64,000 nt of DNA from Deltaproteobacteria bacterium (lineage in GTDB: Bacteria; Myxococcota_A; UBA9160; SMWR01): positions 32,001-96,000 of the forward strand of contig JAQBGU010000188.1 of NCBI GenBank assembly GCA_032128375.1. Direction: 5' to 3'. The notes below the pieces were generated by a model. It saw nothing but the letters and a program-made list of their open reading frames with translations. It searched no databases and was not told the DNA's origin. Every line of letters begins with the position of its first letter. The first letter of the stretch is position 1. The translations under genes and the position numbers were made by a program. This document shows positions 9,584-19,796 of the stretch, in pieces.

Positions 9584-11392
9584 ATGCGACAGATTGGACG
9601 ACTCCTACGGACGCTGGCCCACATCGCCCCATCGCAGATCTGGCACCGCGTGCGAATCATCGCCCAGACCGCGATCTGGGAGCAGATGGGCCCGCGAATC
9701 GACGCCCGTTATCGCGCGCGCGCAGCGCTGTTGGAATCACCGCGCCTGGATCACCCGGGCCTCGCGGCCGTGGGCGCGCTGCGTTGTGGACGAATCGAAC
9801 CAGAGCTTTCGCTGGCCACCGCCCGCGATGCGATGGTCGGACGATTCACCTTCTGCGGAAAAACGCGGGAACTCGGTAGAGGAGACGAAATCGACTGGCA
9901 CCGCTCCGAACTTCATGAAGGTACGCGGCTGTGGAAGACCCTGCTCCACGAATTTTCGTATGCGGTCGACCTGGCGAACGCGGCGCGAGCGACCGGCGAT
10001 CGTGCGTTTGCCGATCGTCTGGCCGGGCTCGCGGCGGACTGGTCTCGCAGCTCACCGATCGGTCACAAGGGATTCGCGATCGACGTCTGGGACGCCCGCG
10101 CCGTAGCCACCCGCCTGATCAACTGGTCGACTGCCGCTGGCATTCTGGAGGTCGGCGTCGGTGATTCATTCTATGACCAACTCAACGCTGAACTGGGAGT
10201 CCACGCAATCTTTCTCGAAGAGAATCTGGAACTCGACCTTCGCGGAAACCACTTGCTGCGTGACTACGTCGGATTGGTGTTTTGCCACGAGCTGCTGGGG
10301 ACCTTTCCGCGTGCGCTCGATCTGCTGCACTCGGAGCTGACAGATCAAATTCTCGAAGACGGTTGCCACTTCGAACGTTCTCCGATGTATCACTCGATCG
10401 TGCTGCAGGACCTGGTGGAGTGTCGCGCCCTGCTGGGGGACAGCGCTCCGGACTGGTTGAAAGAGACAATCGCCCGAATGGCAGGATTCCTGGCATACGT
10501 GTTACCCGACGATGGCCAGTTTCCATTGCTGGGCGACACCTGGTTCGGAGAAGTCGACCCGAGCCGGCTCCTCGAAGAAGCGGGCAAGGCTACGATCGCT
10601 CCGAAGCGGGGTGTGCCCGAACGCGCCAGCGGAGTCATCGCGCTGGAACGTGGGGCAACGCGTGCGCTACTGCTCGCAGGACCCCACGGACCGAACTACC
10701 AGATGGGACACAGCCACGCCGACGGGCTGTCGTTCGAGCTGTATCGAGGCTCGCAGCGCGTCGTGACGGATACCGGAACCGGCACCTACGACCCGGGTCC
10801 CAGGCGGACTCGAGTGCGATCGACTGCAGCCCACAACACCGTGCAAATCGACGGTGAAGAGCAGTTGGAGGTCTGGGGGAGCTTCCGGGCTGGCCGCAGA
10901 GGTCGCGGACGAATACAGTCGCGAGGATCCGACGACACCTGGGACTGGGTCGTCGCTAGCCACGATGGATACCGCTGGCTGCCCGGGAAGCCGTTGCACC
11001 ATCGGCTGCTGGCTGTGTCTGAAGCGGCAGCGATCGCGGTCGATTGGGTCAGCGGTCGAGGGACACATCAGATCAGGAGTGCACTTCATTTGCATCCAGA
11101 TGAGGCCTTCGGCGCGATCGAGATCGCACCGATTAGCGGGACGCCAGGACAACTTGCGGTCGACCTTCACGAGAGATTCAACGAGAGTCGCCAAATGACC
11201 GAACTATTCGTGGAAGCCGCAGCCAGGCTCCCTTGGTTTGGAGGCTGGGCGGTCGTTTTCAACGCAGGTGACTTGGACATGAATGCACGGTTCGAGGCAG
11301 GTCATGTGCAGGTCTCGTGCAACACAGCGGCTGGCCGCACCATCTTGAGGTGGAACCTCGAAGCGGGACAGGTAGAATTCTCGCTGCATTGA
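9584..11392 (+). CDS. Heparinase II/III family protein
   Basis: LE.DLRGNHL, DGCHFERSPMYH, GHSHADGLSFEL, DTGTGTY, RSTAAHNTVQIDG. Confidence 0.9.
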   Translation: MRQIGRLLRTLAHIAPSQIWHRVRIIAQTAIWEQMGPRIDARYRARAALLESPRLDHPGLAAVGALRCGRIEPELSLATARDAMVGRFTFCGKTRELGRGDEIDWHRSELHEGTRLWKTLLHEFSYAVDLANAARATGDRAFADRLAGLAADWSRSSPIGHKGFAIDVWDARAVATRLINWSTAAGILEVGVGDSFYDQLNAELGVHAIFLEENLELDLRGNHLLRDYVGLVFCHELLGTFPRALDLLHSELTDQILEDGCHFERSPMYHSIVLQDLVECRALLGDSAPDWLKETIARMAGFLAYVLPDDGQFPLLGDTWFGEVDPSRLLEEAGKATIAPKRGVPERASGVIALERGATRALLLAGPHGPNYQMGHSHADGLSFELYRGSQRVVTDTGTGTYDPGPRRTRVRSTAAHNTVQIDGEEQLEVWGSFRAGRRGRGRIQSRGSDDTWDWVVASHDGYRWLPGKPLHHRLLAVSEAAAIAVDWVSGRGTHQIRSALHLHPDEAFGAIEIAPISGTPGQLAVDLHERFNESRQMTELFVEAAARLPWFGGWAVVFNAGDLDMNARFEAGHVQVSCNTAAGRTILRWNLEAGQVEFSLH

Positions 11393-11491
11393 GCGAAGCC
11401 GGTTTCGCGCACGTTCGCGGCTAGCGATTTGTGCCAATGCCACTTCAAGTTGGCCGAAATTTGCCATCCAAAGACATCTCTGGGAACTTCC

Positions 11492-13231
11492 ATGTTGGTT
11501 GGGTATCACCGAAGCCATGAAGCCAGCGTCGTCGTGCTCGAAGCTGACGGTCGACCGCTGTTCGCGGCTTCCGAAGAGCGCTTCAGCCGGGTAAAGATGC
11601 AAGGCGGCTGGCCAAACCTGACCGCGGAACATGTCAGCGAGCACTTCGACCTGGAGGGCTGTGAGCTGGTCCACGGCGGCCTGCCTTTGTCACAGCGCTT
11701 CGGTCGAGAGGCGAAGCTGGCGGCCTACAACGCCGTCAATCGCAAGCTCCAGGACTTCCATCCCAAACGCTTTCGAAAACTCGCCGATGTCACGTTCGGC
11801 CGAACGCGGAACACCGAGGCAGGCGCCTTCCCGGGGCTGCCGCGCACCCATGTCGATCATCACACCTGTCACGCAGCGAGCGCCTACTACCCGTCCGGAT
11901 TCGACGAAGCGGAGGTCGTGACTGTCGACGGTGTCGGGGACACATACAGTTCGCGATTCTTCCACGGAAAGGGCGGCCGAATTGCGCCTCGCGCGGAGTT
12001 TTTCCACACCGAGTTCCCGCTTGGCCATCACTACGAGTACATCACTGCGATGCTCGGCCATCACCCCCACCGCCACGCCGGCAAGATCACCGGTTTGAGT
12101 GCCAACGGCAAGCGAGACGATCGACTGCTGAAGGAACTCGACAATTGGTTATCCGAGGTGTGGAGTTCGAATCGGGGGCGCCCCTATTTTTTCATGTTGC
12201 ACTCGCAGCACGGCTCCACCGCCAACGACACCGCGTTCGAGCAGGCGCTCAAAGAGCTGCGCGACTTGCGCAAGACGCGATTCGGGAACTGGTCGGAAAT
12301 GGACATGGCGTGGGCGATCCAGCACATCCTCGAGCGCGAAGTCACCCGGCTGATCCAGCGCGTGATACCGCGAATCGACGGTCAGCCTATCTGCCTGGCG
12401 GGTGGCGTATTTGCCAACGTGAAGCTGAACAAGCTGATCAAGGAGATGGGATTCGGCGAGATCTTCGTTCAGCCGGCGATGGGCGACGGCGGTCTGGCGT
12501 TCGGTGGGCCGCTCTTTGTGTTGGGCGATCGCGGCGAAATCAAGCCTTATAAACTCGAGAGTGTGTACCTTGGTCCCGAGTTCACAGAGGACGAGATGCT
12601 CGCCGCGATCCGCGCGGAGGGCCTCGAAGCGGTTCGACACGACCCCGTCGAACCCCGGATCGCCGAGCTGCTCGCAGCAGGCCGCGTCGTCGCGCGCTTC
12701 AACGGCCGCATGGAATTCGGCCCCCGATCGCTGGGAAATCGATCGATCCTGTACCACTGCGCGGATGCGAGTGTGAACGACTGGCTCAACAAGCGGCTCG
12801 ATCGGACGGAATTCATGCCGTTCGCACCGGCCACGATGGAAGAAGAGGCCCACAAGGGCTTCCAGGGCTTATCGGGCGCCGAGCACGCCGCAGAATTCAT
12901 GACCATCACTTTCGACTGCACCGACTCGTTCAAACGCGATTGCCCAGCCGCGGTCCATGTCGATGGAACTGCGAGGCCACAAATCGTGCGCGCGAAAACG
13001 AACCCCTCGTTTCATCGGGTACTCAGTGAGTATCGGGCACTGACGGGCGTCGGCACTGTGGTCAACACCTCATTCAACATGCACGAAGAGCCGATCGTCT
13101 GCGATCCGGCTGACGCCGTTCGGAGCTTCGTCCGCGGACACCTCGACTACCTGGCAATCGGTCCCTATATCGTCGAAAACCCCGAGCTCGGTGAAGTTCT
13201 CGGTCGCGCGCCCGCCAGGACGAACTCGTGA
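11492..13231 (+). CDS. Carbamoyltransferase (NodU/CmcH family)
   Basis: EERFSRVK, HHTCHAASAYY, DGVGD, LAGGVFANVKLN, EFGPRSLGNRSIL, FMPFAP, NTSFN; ATG 11492 chosen over the upstream GTG. Confidence 0.93.
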   Translation: MLVGYHRSHEASVVVLEADGRPLFAASEERFSRVKMQGGWPNLTAEHVSEHFDLEGCELVHGGLPLSQRFGREAKLAAYNAVNRKLQDFHPKRFRKLADVTFGRTRNTEAGAFPGLPRTHVDHHTCHAASAYYPSGFDEAEVVTVDGVGDTYSSRFFHGKGGRIAPRAEFFHTEFPLGHHYEYITAMLGHHPHRHAGKITGLSANGKRDDRLLKELDNWLSEVWSSNRGRPYFFMLHSQHGSTANDTAFEQALKELRDLRKTRFGNWSEMDMAWAIQHILEREVTRLIQRVIPRIDGQPICLAGGVFANVKLNKLIKEMGFGEIFVQPAMGDGGLAFGGPLFVLGDRGEIKPYKLESVYLGPEFTEDEMLAAIRAEGLEAVRHDPVEPRIAELLAAGRVVARFNGRMEFGPRSLGNRSILYHCADASVNDWLNKRLDRTEFMPFAPATMEEEAHKGFQGLSGAEHAAEFMTITFDCTDSFKRDCPAAVHVDGTARPQIVRAKTNPSFHRVLSEYRALTGVGTVVNTSFNMHEEPIVCDPADAVRSFVRGHLDYLAIGPYIVENPELGEVLGRAPARTNS

Positions 13232-14490
13232 AGATCGCGGTATTCGGACTCGGCTATGTGGGATCCGTCACGGCCGCGGCGCTGGCGCGCGATGGACATA
13301 CAGTCGTCGGAGTAGATGTCGCGCAGGCCAAGATCGATACGATCATGGCTGGTCGATCGCCCGTACTCGAGCCCGGCGTCGATGAAATCATCGCTGCCGC
13401 AGTCACAGACGGCCGACTGCGAGCCACGGACGATCCGGCCTCCGCGCTCGCCGGTGCCGACCTCTCGCTGATCTGCGTCGGCACACCGAGCCTACGCAAC
13501 GGTTCGCTCGACCTCGGCTACGTCAAACAGGTGGCCGGCCAAATCGGATCCAAACTGAAGCTCGCGGCTGAAGGCCACCGCGTGGTCGTACGTAGCACCG
13601 TCCTGCCGGGCAGCGCGCGAAATGAGGTACTTCCGGAAATCGAGCGCTCCTCGGGTCGGCCTGCCGGCGATGGCTGGGATATCTGTGTGAATCCAGAGTT
13701 CTTGCGAGAGGGAGTTTCCCTGCTCGACTATGACAATCCGCCACGCATTCTGGTCGGAGAGCGCGAACCCGGAGGTGGGCAGCCCGTCGTCGACATGTAC
13801 GGAGCAGTCGCCGCACCCACGTTCTCGGTACCGCTGGAAGTGGCTGAAGCGGTCAAGTACACCGACAACGCATTTCACGCGCTCAAGGTAACGTTCGCCA
13901 ACGAGGTCGGCCGCGTCTGGGCCGCACGCGGCGCGGACCCGAAGCAGGTGATGGAGATATTCGCGCAGGACACCAAACTGAATATCTCTCCACTATACCT
14001 GCGCCCCGGTTTCGCATTTGGTGGAAGTTGTCTTCCCAAGGACCTGCGCGCCCTCACATTCGCGGCGCACAACGCCAGCATCCCCGTCCCGATGCTCGAC
14101 GGCATGCTGCCTTCGAATGAAGTTACCGTGCTCCGAGCCGTCGAAGCGATATTGGCAACCGGGAGGCGGCGTGTTGCTCTGCTGGGCCTCGCTTTCAAGT
14201 CCGGCACCGACGATATGCGCGAGAGTCCGCTCCTCGAGTTGGCCAAGCGGCTGATCGGTGAAGGCCTCGAACTTGCGATCCACGACACGGCCGTTTCTAT
14301 CGCGCGGCTGCACGGCTCGAATCGCGCATTCCTGGAAGACACGCTGCCGCATATCAATCGGCTATTGTGCGAAGACCTCGAAGAGGCGCTCGATGCTGCC
14401 GAAGTCGTCGTAGTCGGTCACGCAGGCTCGCTCTACGACCGCGATGCCGAGTGGAGCGAGCAGGGAAAAACGGTCATCCGTCTGACATGA
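13228..14490 (+). CDS. UDP-glucose/GDP-mannose dehydrogenase family, AlgD-like
   Basis: GLGYVG, ICVGTPS, NPEFLREG, KLNISPLYLRPGFAFGGSCLPKD; GTGA overlap with the upstream gene. Confidence 0.93.
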   Translation: MKIAVFGLGYVGSVTAAALARDGHTVVGVDVAQAKIDTIMAGRSPVLEPGVDEIIAAAVTDGRLRATDDPASALAGADLSLICVGTPSLRNGSLDLGYVKQVAGQIGSKLKLAAEGHRVVVRSTVLPGSARNEVLPEIERSSGRPAGDGWDICVNPEFLREGVSLLDYDNPPRILVGEREPGGGQPVVDMYGAVAAPTFSVPLEVAEAVKYTDNAFHALKVTFANEVGRVWAARGADPKQVMEIFAQDTKLNISPLYLRPGFAFGGSCLPKDLRALTFAAHNASIPVPMLDGMLPSNEVTVLRAVEAILATGRRRVALLGLAFKSGTDDMRESPLLELAKRLIGEGLELAIHDTAVSIARLHGSNRAFLEDTLPHINRLLCEDLEEALDAAEVVVVGHAGSLYDRDAEWSEQGKTVIRLT

Positions 14491-14542
14491 GCTTGGATGA
14501 AGCCCACATGTGGGTCGGTTCCCAGTTCACGATTCAGCCAAG

Positions 14543-15742
14543 ATGAAGATACTCGTCGTCTCGTCGCGCCCGCCGTGGCCGCCGGTCATGGCCGATTCCA
14601 TGACGACGGATCGCCTGATTCGATTTCTCGCCGCACGCGGACACAGCGTTGATCTCGCTTGCTTCGTCGAAGATTCAGCTTCCGAGCGCGTGTTGCGGCG
14701 TGGACTGGGCGATGTGTGTGCGGAGATCCTCACCGTTGCGCTGCCGCGATGGCGCTCCTACGCCGCAACCGCGTTGACGCTGCCGGGCCGGCTGCCCATG
14801 CAGGTGCAGTACTACGGCTCGAACATCATGAGCGAGTTGATTCGGGAGCGCGTGGCCGAGGGCCGCTACGACCTGGTGTACACCCACCTGATTCGAATGG
14901 CCGAGCACACGAGAATGCTCGACATCCCCAAGGCGCTGGGGATGCAGATCTCGCAGGCGCTGAATCTGCGGCGGATGTTCGATCACAGCAAGGACCCGTT
15001 CCGGCGGCTGTTCTACAGGATCGAGAGCACGAAGGTGCAGGCGTACGAAGCCCGGGTCTGCTCTGATTTCGAGCGGGTTTTTCTGTGTGGATCGTCGGAC
15101 GTCGAGGCTATCGAAAAGACTGTCGTCATCCCCAACGCAAGGGTATGCCCGCACGGCCAAGACATACCTCCTCTCGAACGCGTAAGGGCAGCGATTCGGG
15201 AGCCCGGCGCGATCGTCGTAAGCGGGGTGATGTCGACCTACACCAATGTCGATGCGGTGACATGGTTCGCCGAGCACGTCTTTCCGTTGATCGAACGTGA
15301 GGTCCCCGAGGCAAAGTTCTGGATCGTCGGACGCAACCCGCAACGCCAGGTACGGGCGCTCGCACGCCCCGACAAGGTCATTGTGACCGGCGAGGTTCCG
15401 GACGTGTACGATTGGCTTTGTCGCGCCCAGGTGGCGGTCGCGCCGCTTCGTATTGGAGCAGGAATGCAGAACAAGGTGGTGCAAGCGATGGCATGCGAAT
15501 TGCCGGTAGTCGCGACGCCGGTGGCCAACGAAGGAATCGGCGCGGCACCCAATGCGAACATCCTGCTTTGCGACGACGTGCAATCCATCGCAGAGGCGGT
15601 AGTCGGACTGCTCCGCAGCGAAAACGAGCGCGTGCGGATCGGGTACGCAGCGCGCGCTTTCGTCGAAGCGAACTGGACCTGGGAAGCGAATTTCGAACGC
15701 CTCGAAAAATGGCTCATCGAGGCCACCCAGATCGCGAACTGA
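14543..15742 (+). CDS. Glycosyltransferase family 4 (sugar-transferase subtype)
   Basis: NVDAVTWF, VTGEVPD, VAPLRIGAGMQNKVVQAMA.ELPVVAT. Confidence 0.9.
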   Translation: MKILVVSSRPPWPPVMADSMTTDRLIRFLAARGHSVDLACFVEDSASERVLRRGLGDVCAEILTVALPRWRSYAATALTLPGRLPMQVQYYGSNIMSELIRERVAEGRYDLVYTHLIRMAEHTRMLDIPKALGMQISQALNLRRMFDHSKDPFRRLFYRIESTKVQAYEARVCSDFERVFLCGSSDVEAIEKTVVIPNARVCPHGQDIPPLERVRAAIREPGAIVVSGVMSTYTNVDAVTWFAEHVFPLIEREVPEAKFWIVGRNPQRQVRALARPDKVIVTGEVPDVYDWLCRAQVAVAPLRIGAGMQNKVVQAMACELPVVATPVANEGIGAAPNANILLCDDVQSIAEAVVGLLRSENERVRIGYAARAFVEANWTWEANFERLEKWLIEATQIAN

Positions 15743-15789
15743 GCTTCGATCCGGCGAACGCGCCTAACAGGAAGCGCAGTGTCGCAACA

Positions 15790-16163
15790 GTGAGCGCCGC
15801 CAGCCTGGCGGATCAATACTGGAGCGAGTTCGATTGTGATCCGCAAGATTGGAAATACGGGGGCCCCGATCCCAGCGCGACCTTCCGGGTGGGTGCCTTC
15901 GAGCACGACAAGCTCGTAGCGCTGGCGGGCTTTTGCGAACTCCCTGAGAAAGCGGGCGACCCTGTAGTCATCATCCATCCGGGTTTCGCGGGCGCGGCTT
16001 CGCTGGGGCGGTGGCGAGCGCCGTCGTCGAGCAAGCATTGTTGAGGGACCGGGTGGTGCTCTACCAAACGCTGGCCTCCAACTCCTCGGCCGTCGCAGTC
16101 GCACCCCGACTGGGCTTCGAACACTACGGAAGTCAAATGGCGGTGCGCCTGAGCCCGGCCTGA
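15790..16163 (+). pseudogene. GNAT acetyltransferase remnant, N-truncated, frameshifted at ~15981-15987
   Basis: Frame 1 ...GDPVVIIHPG continues in the -1 frame as FRGRGFAGAVASAVVEQAL...YQTLASNSSAVAVAPRLGF (GNAT motif A and N..A..LGF). Confidence 0.8.
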
Positions 16164-16300
16164 ACTTTTCCATGGCGAACAGGCAATGCGTATGGAGTGA
16201 CGATGGGCGGCAGACTCAATCGAGGTTTTCTCTCGTCGTCCAATCATCGTTTGGAAGTCGCGCTCTACCCCGGGCACTCCCGGGTCCATATCATGTTTCG

Positions 16301-17986
16301 ATGGGCGTCGAACCTGCGGAGCCAGCTGCGGCGAATGGGAACGCCTGGCTGCCCGCGTCACACGCTGAGCGAACGTTGCTGGCCTGCCTGCTCGTCGTGG
16401 GTGCCGCGCTGCGCATCTACGGATTCGCCGATCACGGTTTGTGGATCGACGAGTACGGCACCTGGTGGGCAATCGCAGCACAGAACTGGAGCGATTGTTG
16501 GAGCCGAGTTCTCGAGATCCACGGCCAATCTCCATTTTATTACCTGATCGTACGTCTTTCGGTCGATCCACTGGGCGCGGGATCTGCGGCCTTGCGAATC
16601 CCTTCGCTGGTATTCGGTATCGGATTGCTCGCGTTGGCGTACCCATTCGGCGTCCGCATCTTCCGCGACCCGCGGATCGCGCTACTGGCGGTAGCGGCCT
16701 TCGCGGTGAACGAACGCCTGATCTACTACTCGCAGGAGGCTCGCCCCTACGCGCTCGCGCTTTTTTTGGCGGTGTGCTCGTTTCATTTCTACGCAGCGTT
16801 GCTCGACCAGGATATACGCAGAAACCGGGTCGGCTACGTGGTGACGACCGCTCTGACCTACTACGCGCACTACTTTTTCGGGATCATCGTACTCGTTCAA
16901 ATCGTGCACCTTCTCGCGACTCGTCGGGATCGCTGGCGATCGTGGTTCACAATGGCCGTCGCGTTGATTCTGTCGCTGCTGCCCGGCCTGTGGCAACTTC
17001 GCACGATATTTGCCCGGCGCGATTCGCTCGATTGGATTTCGCAACCAACCGCTTGGCTCGGCCTTCTCGAACCGGCCGCGGATTTGTTGGACCCGGTCAT
17101 CTTCGGGCTCACGGGCGCGGCCGCTCTGTTGTTTTGGATGCAGGAGCGTCCGGCGCCCGATCGTGCACTCGGCGCCCACGGAGGCATCGGGATCTTCTGG
17201 TTCGCCATACCGGTCCTTGTGTTTTCGATCGTTCCACAGCTCGTTGGGATCAACCTCTCCCACGCGCGATACCTGGTCGTTGCAGCACCAGCGATACCCC
17301 TGATCTATGCCGTCATGCTGGCAGTTCCACTTGGCCCTCGGCAAAACCAGCCTCGAGGGCTCACGAAGGGCAAGGCGGCGCTTCGATCTCTGCCACTGTT
17401 GGTCTTCCTGAGCTCGACGGTCGCGCTCCGAATCGTTCCATTCGTCTCCGAACAAGGAGGCTTCTGGTGGTTCTACCAGCATGGATGGAGAAGCGCGGTC
17501 CAGGAGATCACAACCGGTTTCGAGCCCGGAGATCTCATCCTGTACCGAACCCATTTCGTCGAACTCGACCAAGTCGTGCGTGGAGAGGCGAGCGCCTCGA
17601 CCACGGAATTCGTGGAATGGCCGCTACTCGCGCACCTGCCAGCAGGTCGCGCTTTCGCGCGCCGTGCGCTTCCTTACAGCGACGATCCGCAAAACCGGGA
17701 GAGGCTCCGATCGGTCATGAACGAGGCGGCGAGCGCGCGCCGGATCTGGCTCGTCGGACTCGAAGTCGATGACCCGACCGGAGAGCGATTCGTTTTGTCT
17801 CGCGCGATCCGGATCGCAACACAGAGCCACGGAATGCGGATGATCGGGCGCCACCGCTATGGCCTGGTCCATGTCGTGCTGCTTACTGGGGGAGAAATTG
17901 GTGGAGGAAATGGAGGAGGGAATGGGCAAGGACGAGGCAACGGGCGGGGGGATAAGCGCAGCGAGCCGCCATTCGGGAGCGGTTAG
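16301..17986 (+). CDS. GT-C fold glycosyltransferase (GT39/PMT-ArnT-like), multi-TM
   Basis: LRIYG...LWIDE, SPFYY, LRIPS, YYSQEARPYA, many TM helices; Gly-rich C-tail; start uncertain (ORF open from 16172). Confidence 0.85.
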   Translation: MGVEPAEPAAANGNAWLPASHAERTLLACLLVVGAALRIYGFADHGLWIDEYGTWWAIAAQNWSDCWSRVLEIHGQSPFYYLIVRLSVDPLGAGSAALRIPSLVFGIGLLALAYPFGVRIFRDPRIALLAVAAFAVNERLIYYSQEARPYALALFLAVCSFHFYAALLDQDIRRNRVGYVVTTALTYYAHYFFGIIVLVQIVHLLATRRDRWRSWFTMAVALILSLLPGLWQLRTIFARRDSLDWISQPTAWLGLLEPAADLLDPVIFGLTGAAALLFWMQERPAPDRALGAHGGIGIFWFAIPVLVFSIVPQLVGINLSHARYLVVAAPAIPLIYAVMLAVPLGPRQNQPRGLTKGKAALRSLPLLVFLSSTVALRIVPFVSEQGGFWWFYQHGWRSAVQEITTGFEPGDLILYRTHFVELDQVVRGEASASTTEFVEWPLLAHLPAGRAFARRALPYSDDPQNRERLRSVMNEAASARRIWLVGLEVDDPTGERFVLSRAIRIATQSHGMRMIGRHRYGLVHVVLLTGGEIGGGNGGGNGQGRGNGRGDKRSEPPFGSG

Positions 17987-18114
17987 CTGACGAGGATGCG
18001 CTCGCGACGCCGGGTGTCATTTGAGCTGGCGCCTGGCCGAATCGTGCGCTTGGCACGCGTGCCATGGAGGTTCCGACGGCCCGACACACCCTTGACGGAG
18101 GATGTCATCAAACA

Positions 18115-18490
18115 ATGAGCGAACAATCGAAGACCGATGCGTCGCAAAGCGATAGTCTCAACTCGACCGAGCTGATCCCCGACCTGTTTCAGCGCTACTT
18201 CCAATTTTTTCAAACCGGGCCATCAGGAAGGTGTGGTGCCATCGCGAACCAAAGAACTCGCGCGGCTCGAGGTCGCGGAGCTGAACGACTGCGACACCTG
18301 ACGCTTCGCCCGCTACGCGTCGGCGACGCGTCAAGGACTCGATGAGGAAACCATCGCTCAGATCTATCTTCCCGAAAAAGCCCGAAGCCTCGCGCCGCGC
18401 GATGCGCTTGCCGTCCGATTTGCGGAGAAGCCCGCGACGGATTACCGATCGGTCGATATGGCGTTCAAGGCGGAGCTGAGAGAAGTACCG
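18115..18490 (+). pseudogene. AhpD/carboxymuconolactone-decarboxylase-like selenoprotein remnant (CxxU)
   Basis: Extra T in the T6 run at 18205-18210; corrected reading ...FFKPGHQEGVVPSRTKELARLEVAELNDCDT-TGA(18299)-RFARYASATRQGLDEETIAQ...ALAVRFAEK...AELRE; recognisable similarity is lost after ~18490. Confidence 0.75.
18315..18331 (+). promoter_or_regulatory. Bacterial SECIS-like hairpin
   Basis: ACGCGTC-GGC-GACGCGT; G-containing apical loop begins 20 nt after the in-frame TGA. Confidence 0.6.
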
Positions 18491-18642
18491 ACCCTTCGCC
18501 AGGGTCGCGCCGTCGAGGGGAACTGTGGCCCACGACAGGGCGAGCAATCTCCCGAAAACGCGCGCTCGCGCATGGCGGCGCCGATTCACAATTGGTATGT
18601 GTTAGGGGCGGCACTAACAGTCGACTTCAACCGCGAGGCGTC

Positions 18643-18831
18643 ATGCAGAAACCCAGAAACTGGCCGGCCATCATCGAACGGCTCAACAACAGCCCACGCG
18701 GCGAACTCAAGATACGGATGGGTTCTCCGGGCAGCGCGCAGGTAACCCGATGCCGCTTGTTGGCGGAGTGGTCGAACGTCGAGATCACCACCGTCGGTGC
18801 GATTCTTCACCTGCGCCTTCCGACCCGCTAG
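18643..18831 (+). CDS. Small hypothetical protein (62 aa)
   Basis: GAGG RBS, ATG 18643, protein-like sequence MQKPRNWPAIIERLNNSPRGELKIRMGSPGSAQVTRCRLL. Confidence 0.55.
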   Translation: MQKPRNWPAIIERLNNSPRGELKIRMGSPGSAQVTRCRLLAEWSNVEITTVGAILHLRLPTR

Positions 18832-18961
18832 GCGGGCTGCGCGGTGGAGCGCGAGCCCCACCTCTTCCGCCGCAAAACCCAGCCCAGACCTAGCCCACAT
18901 CCAGCTCGGACCTAGACTGCTCGCACGCCCTGTTCACGAGCAAATCCAGTAGGATTGGAAG

Positions 18962-19732
18962 GTGGACGCTGTTTTGAGGGGAAAGGTCGCGCTCGTCACC
19001 GGTGTAACCCGGAAGGCGGGAATCGGGGCCGCGATCGCTCTTGAACTCGCCTCCGCTGGCGCGAGCTTGTTCATCTCCCAGTTCCGGTCCTACGATCAGA
19101 ATCAGCCGTGGGGGGTGACCGAAGATGAACCGGAACAGATCCGAGAGAATCTTCGAGCCGCCGGTGCCGATGTCGAATCGCTGGAAATCGACCTGGCAGA
19201 TCCGAACTCGGCACGCGTATTGATGGAACTTGTGCGAAACCGGTTTGGCCGCGTTGATATCCTCGTCAACAACGCGGCGCATTCGGAAACGGGTGGAATC
19301 GACCAGCTGGATGCCGCGCAGCTGGATCGCCATTATGCGGTCAACCTCCGCGCTCCCGCGCTTCTGTGCGTCGAACTCGCCCGACACCACGAAAAGGGCC
19401 GCCCGGCGCGAATCATCAATGTTACATCGGGCCAAGGTCTGAGGCCGATGCCCAGCGAGCTCGCGTATGCGGCCACCAAGGGCGGGCTCGACGCATTGAC
19501 GTTGAGTATGAGTGCCTCTCTCGCTCCGCTCGGGATCACGATCAACACGGTCGACCCCGGCGCTACCGACACCGGCTGGATGAGCACAGACTTCAAACAA
19601 TCCCTGGAGCGCGACTCGCCGATGAGTCGCGTGGGACTACCCAGTGATCTCGCGCCCCTCGTCCGGTTCCTTGCATCTGACGAGAGCGGTTGGATCACCG
19701 GCCAGCTGATTCGCTCGCGCGGTGGAAGCTAG
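18962..19732 (+). CDS. SDR family oxidoreductase
   Basis: VALVTG...GIG, LVNNAA, YAATK, NTVDPGATDTGW. Confidence 0.93.
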   Translation: MDAVLRGKVALVTGVTRKAGIGAAIALELASAGASLFISQFRSYDQNQPWGVTEDEPEQIRENLRAAGADVESLEIDLADPNSARVLMELVRNRFGRVDILVNNAAHSETGGIDQLDAAQLDRHYAVNLRAPALLCVELARHHEKGRPARIINVTSGQGLRPMPSELAYAATKGGLDALTLSMSASLAPLGITINTVDPGATDTGWMSTDFKQSLERDSPMSRVGLPSDLAPLVRFLASDESGWITGQLIRSRGGS

Positions 19733-19796
19733 AGCGCAGTACGATTCGACGGAGAACCAGCCCGTTAGTATTGTTGGTATCTCACACGGAGGGTTC

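Noticed and set aside
11450..11466. Sigma-54 promoter-like TTGGC...TTGC before the carbamoyltransferase
   Set aside because: GG-to-GC spacing is 9 nt, not the required 10
18051..18064. Perfect palindrome TGGCACGCGTGCCA upstream of the selenoprotein remnant
   Set aside because: Single GC-rich occurrence with no supporting promoter; could be chance
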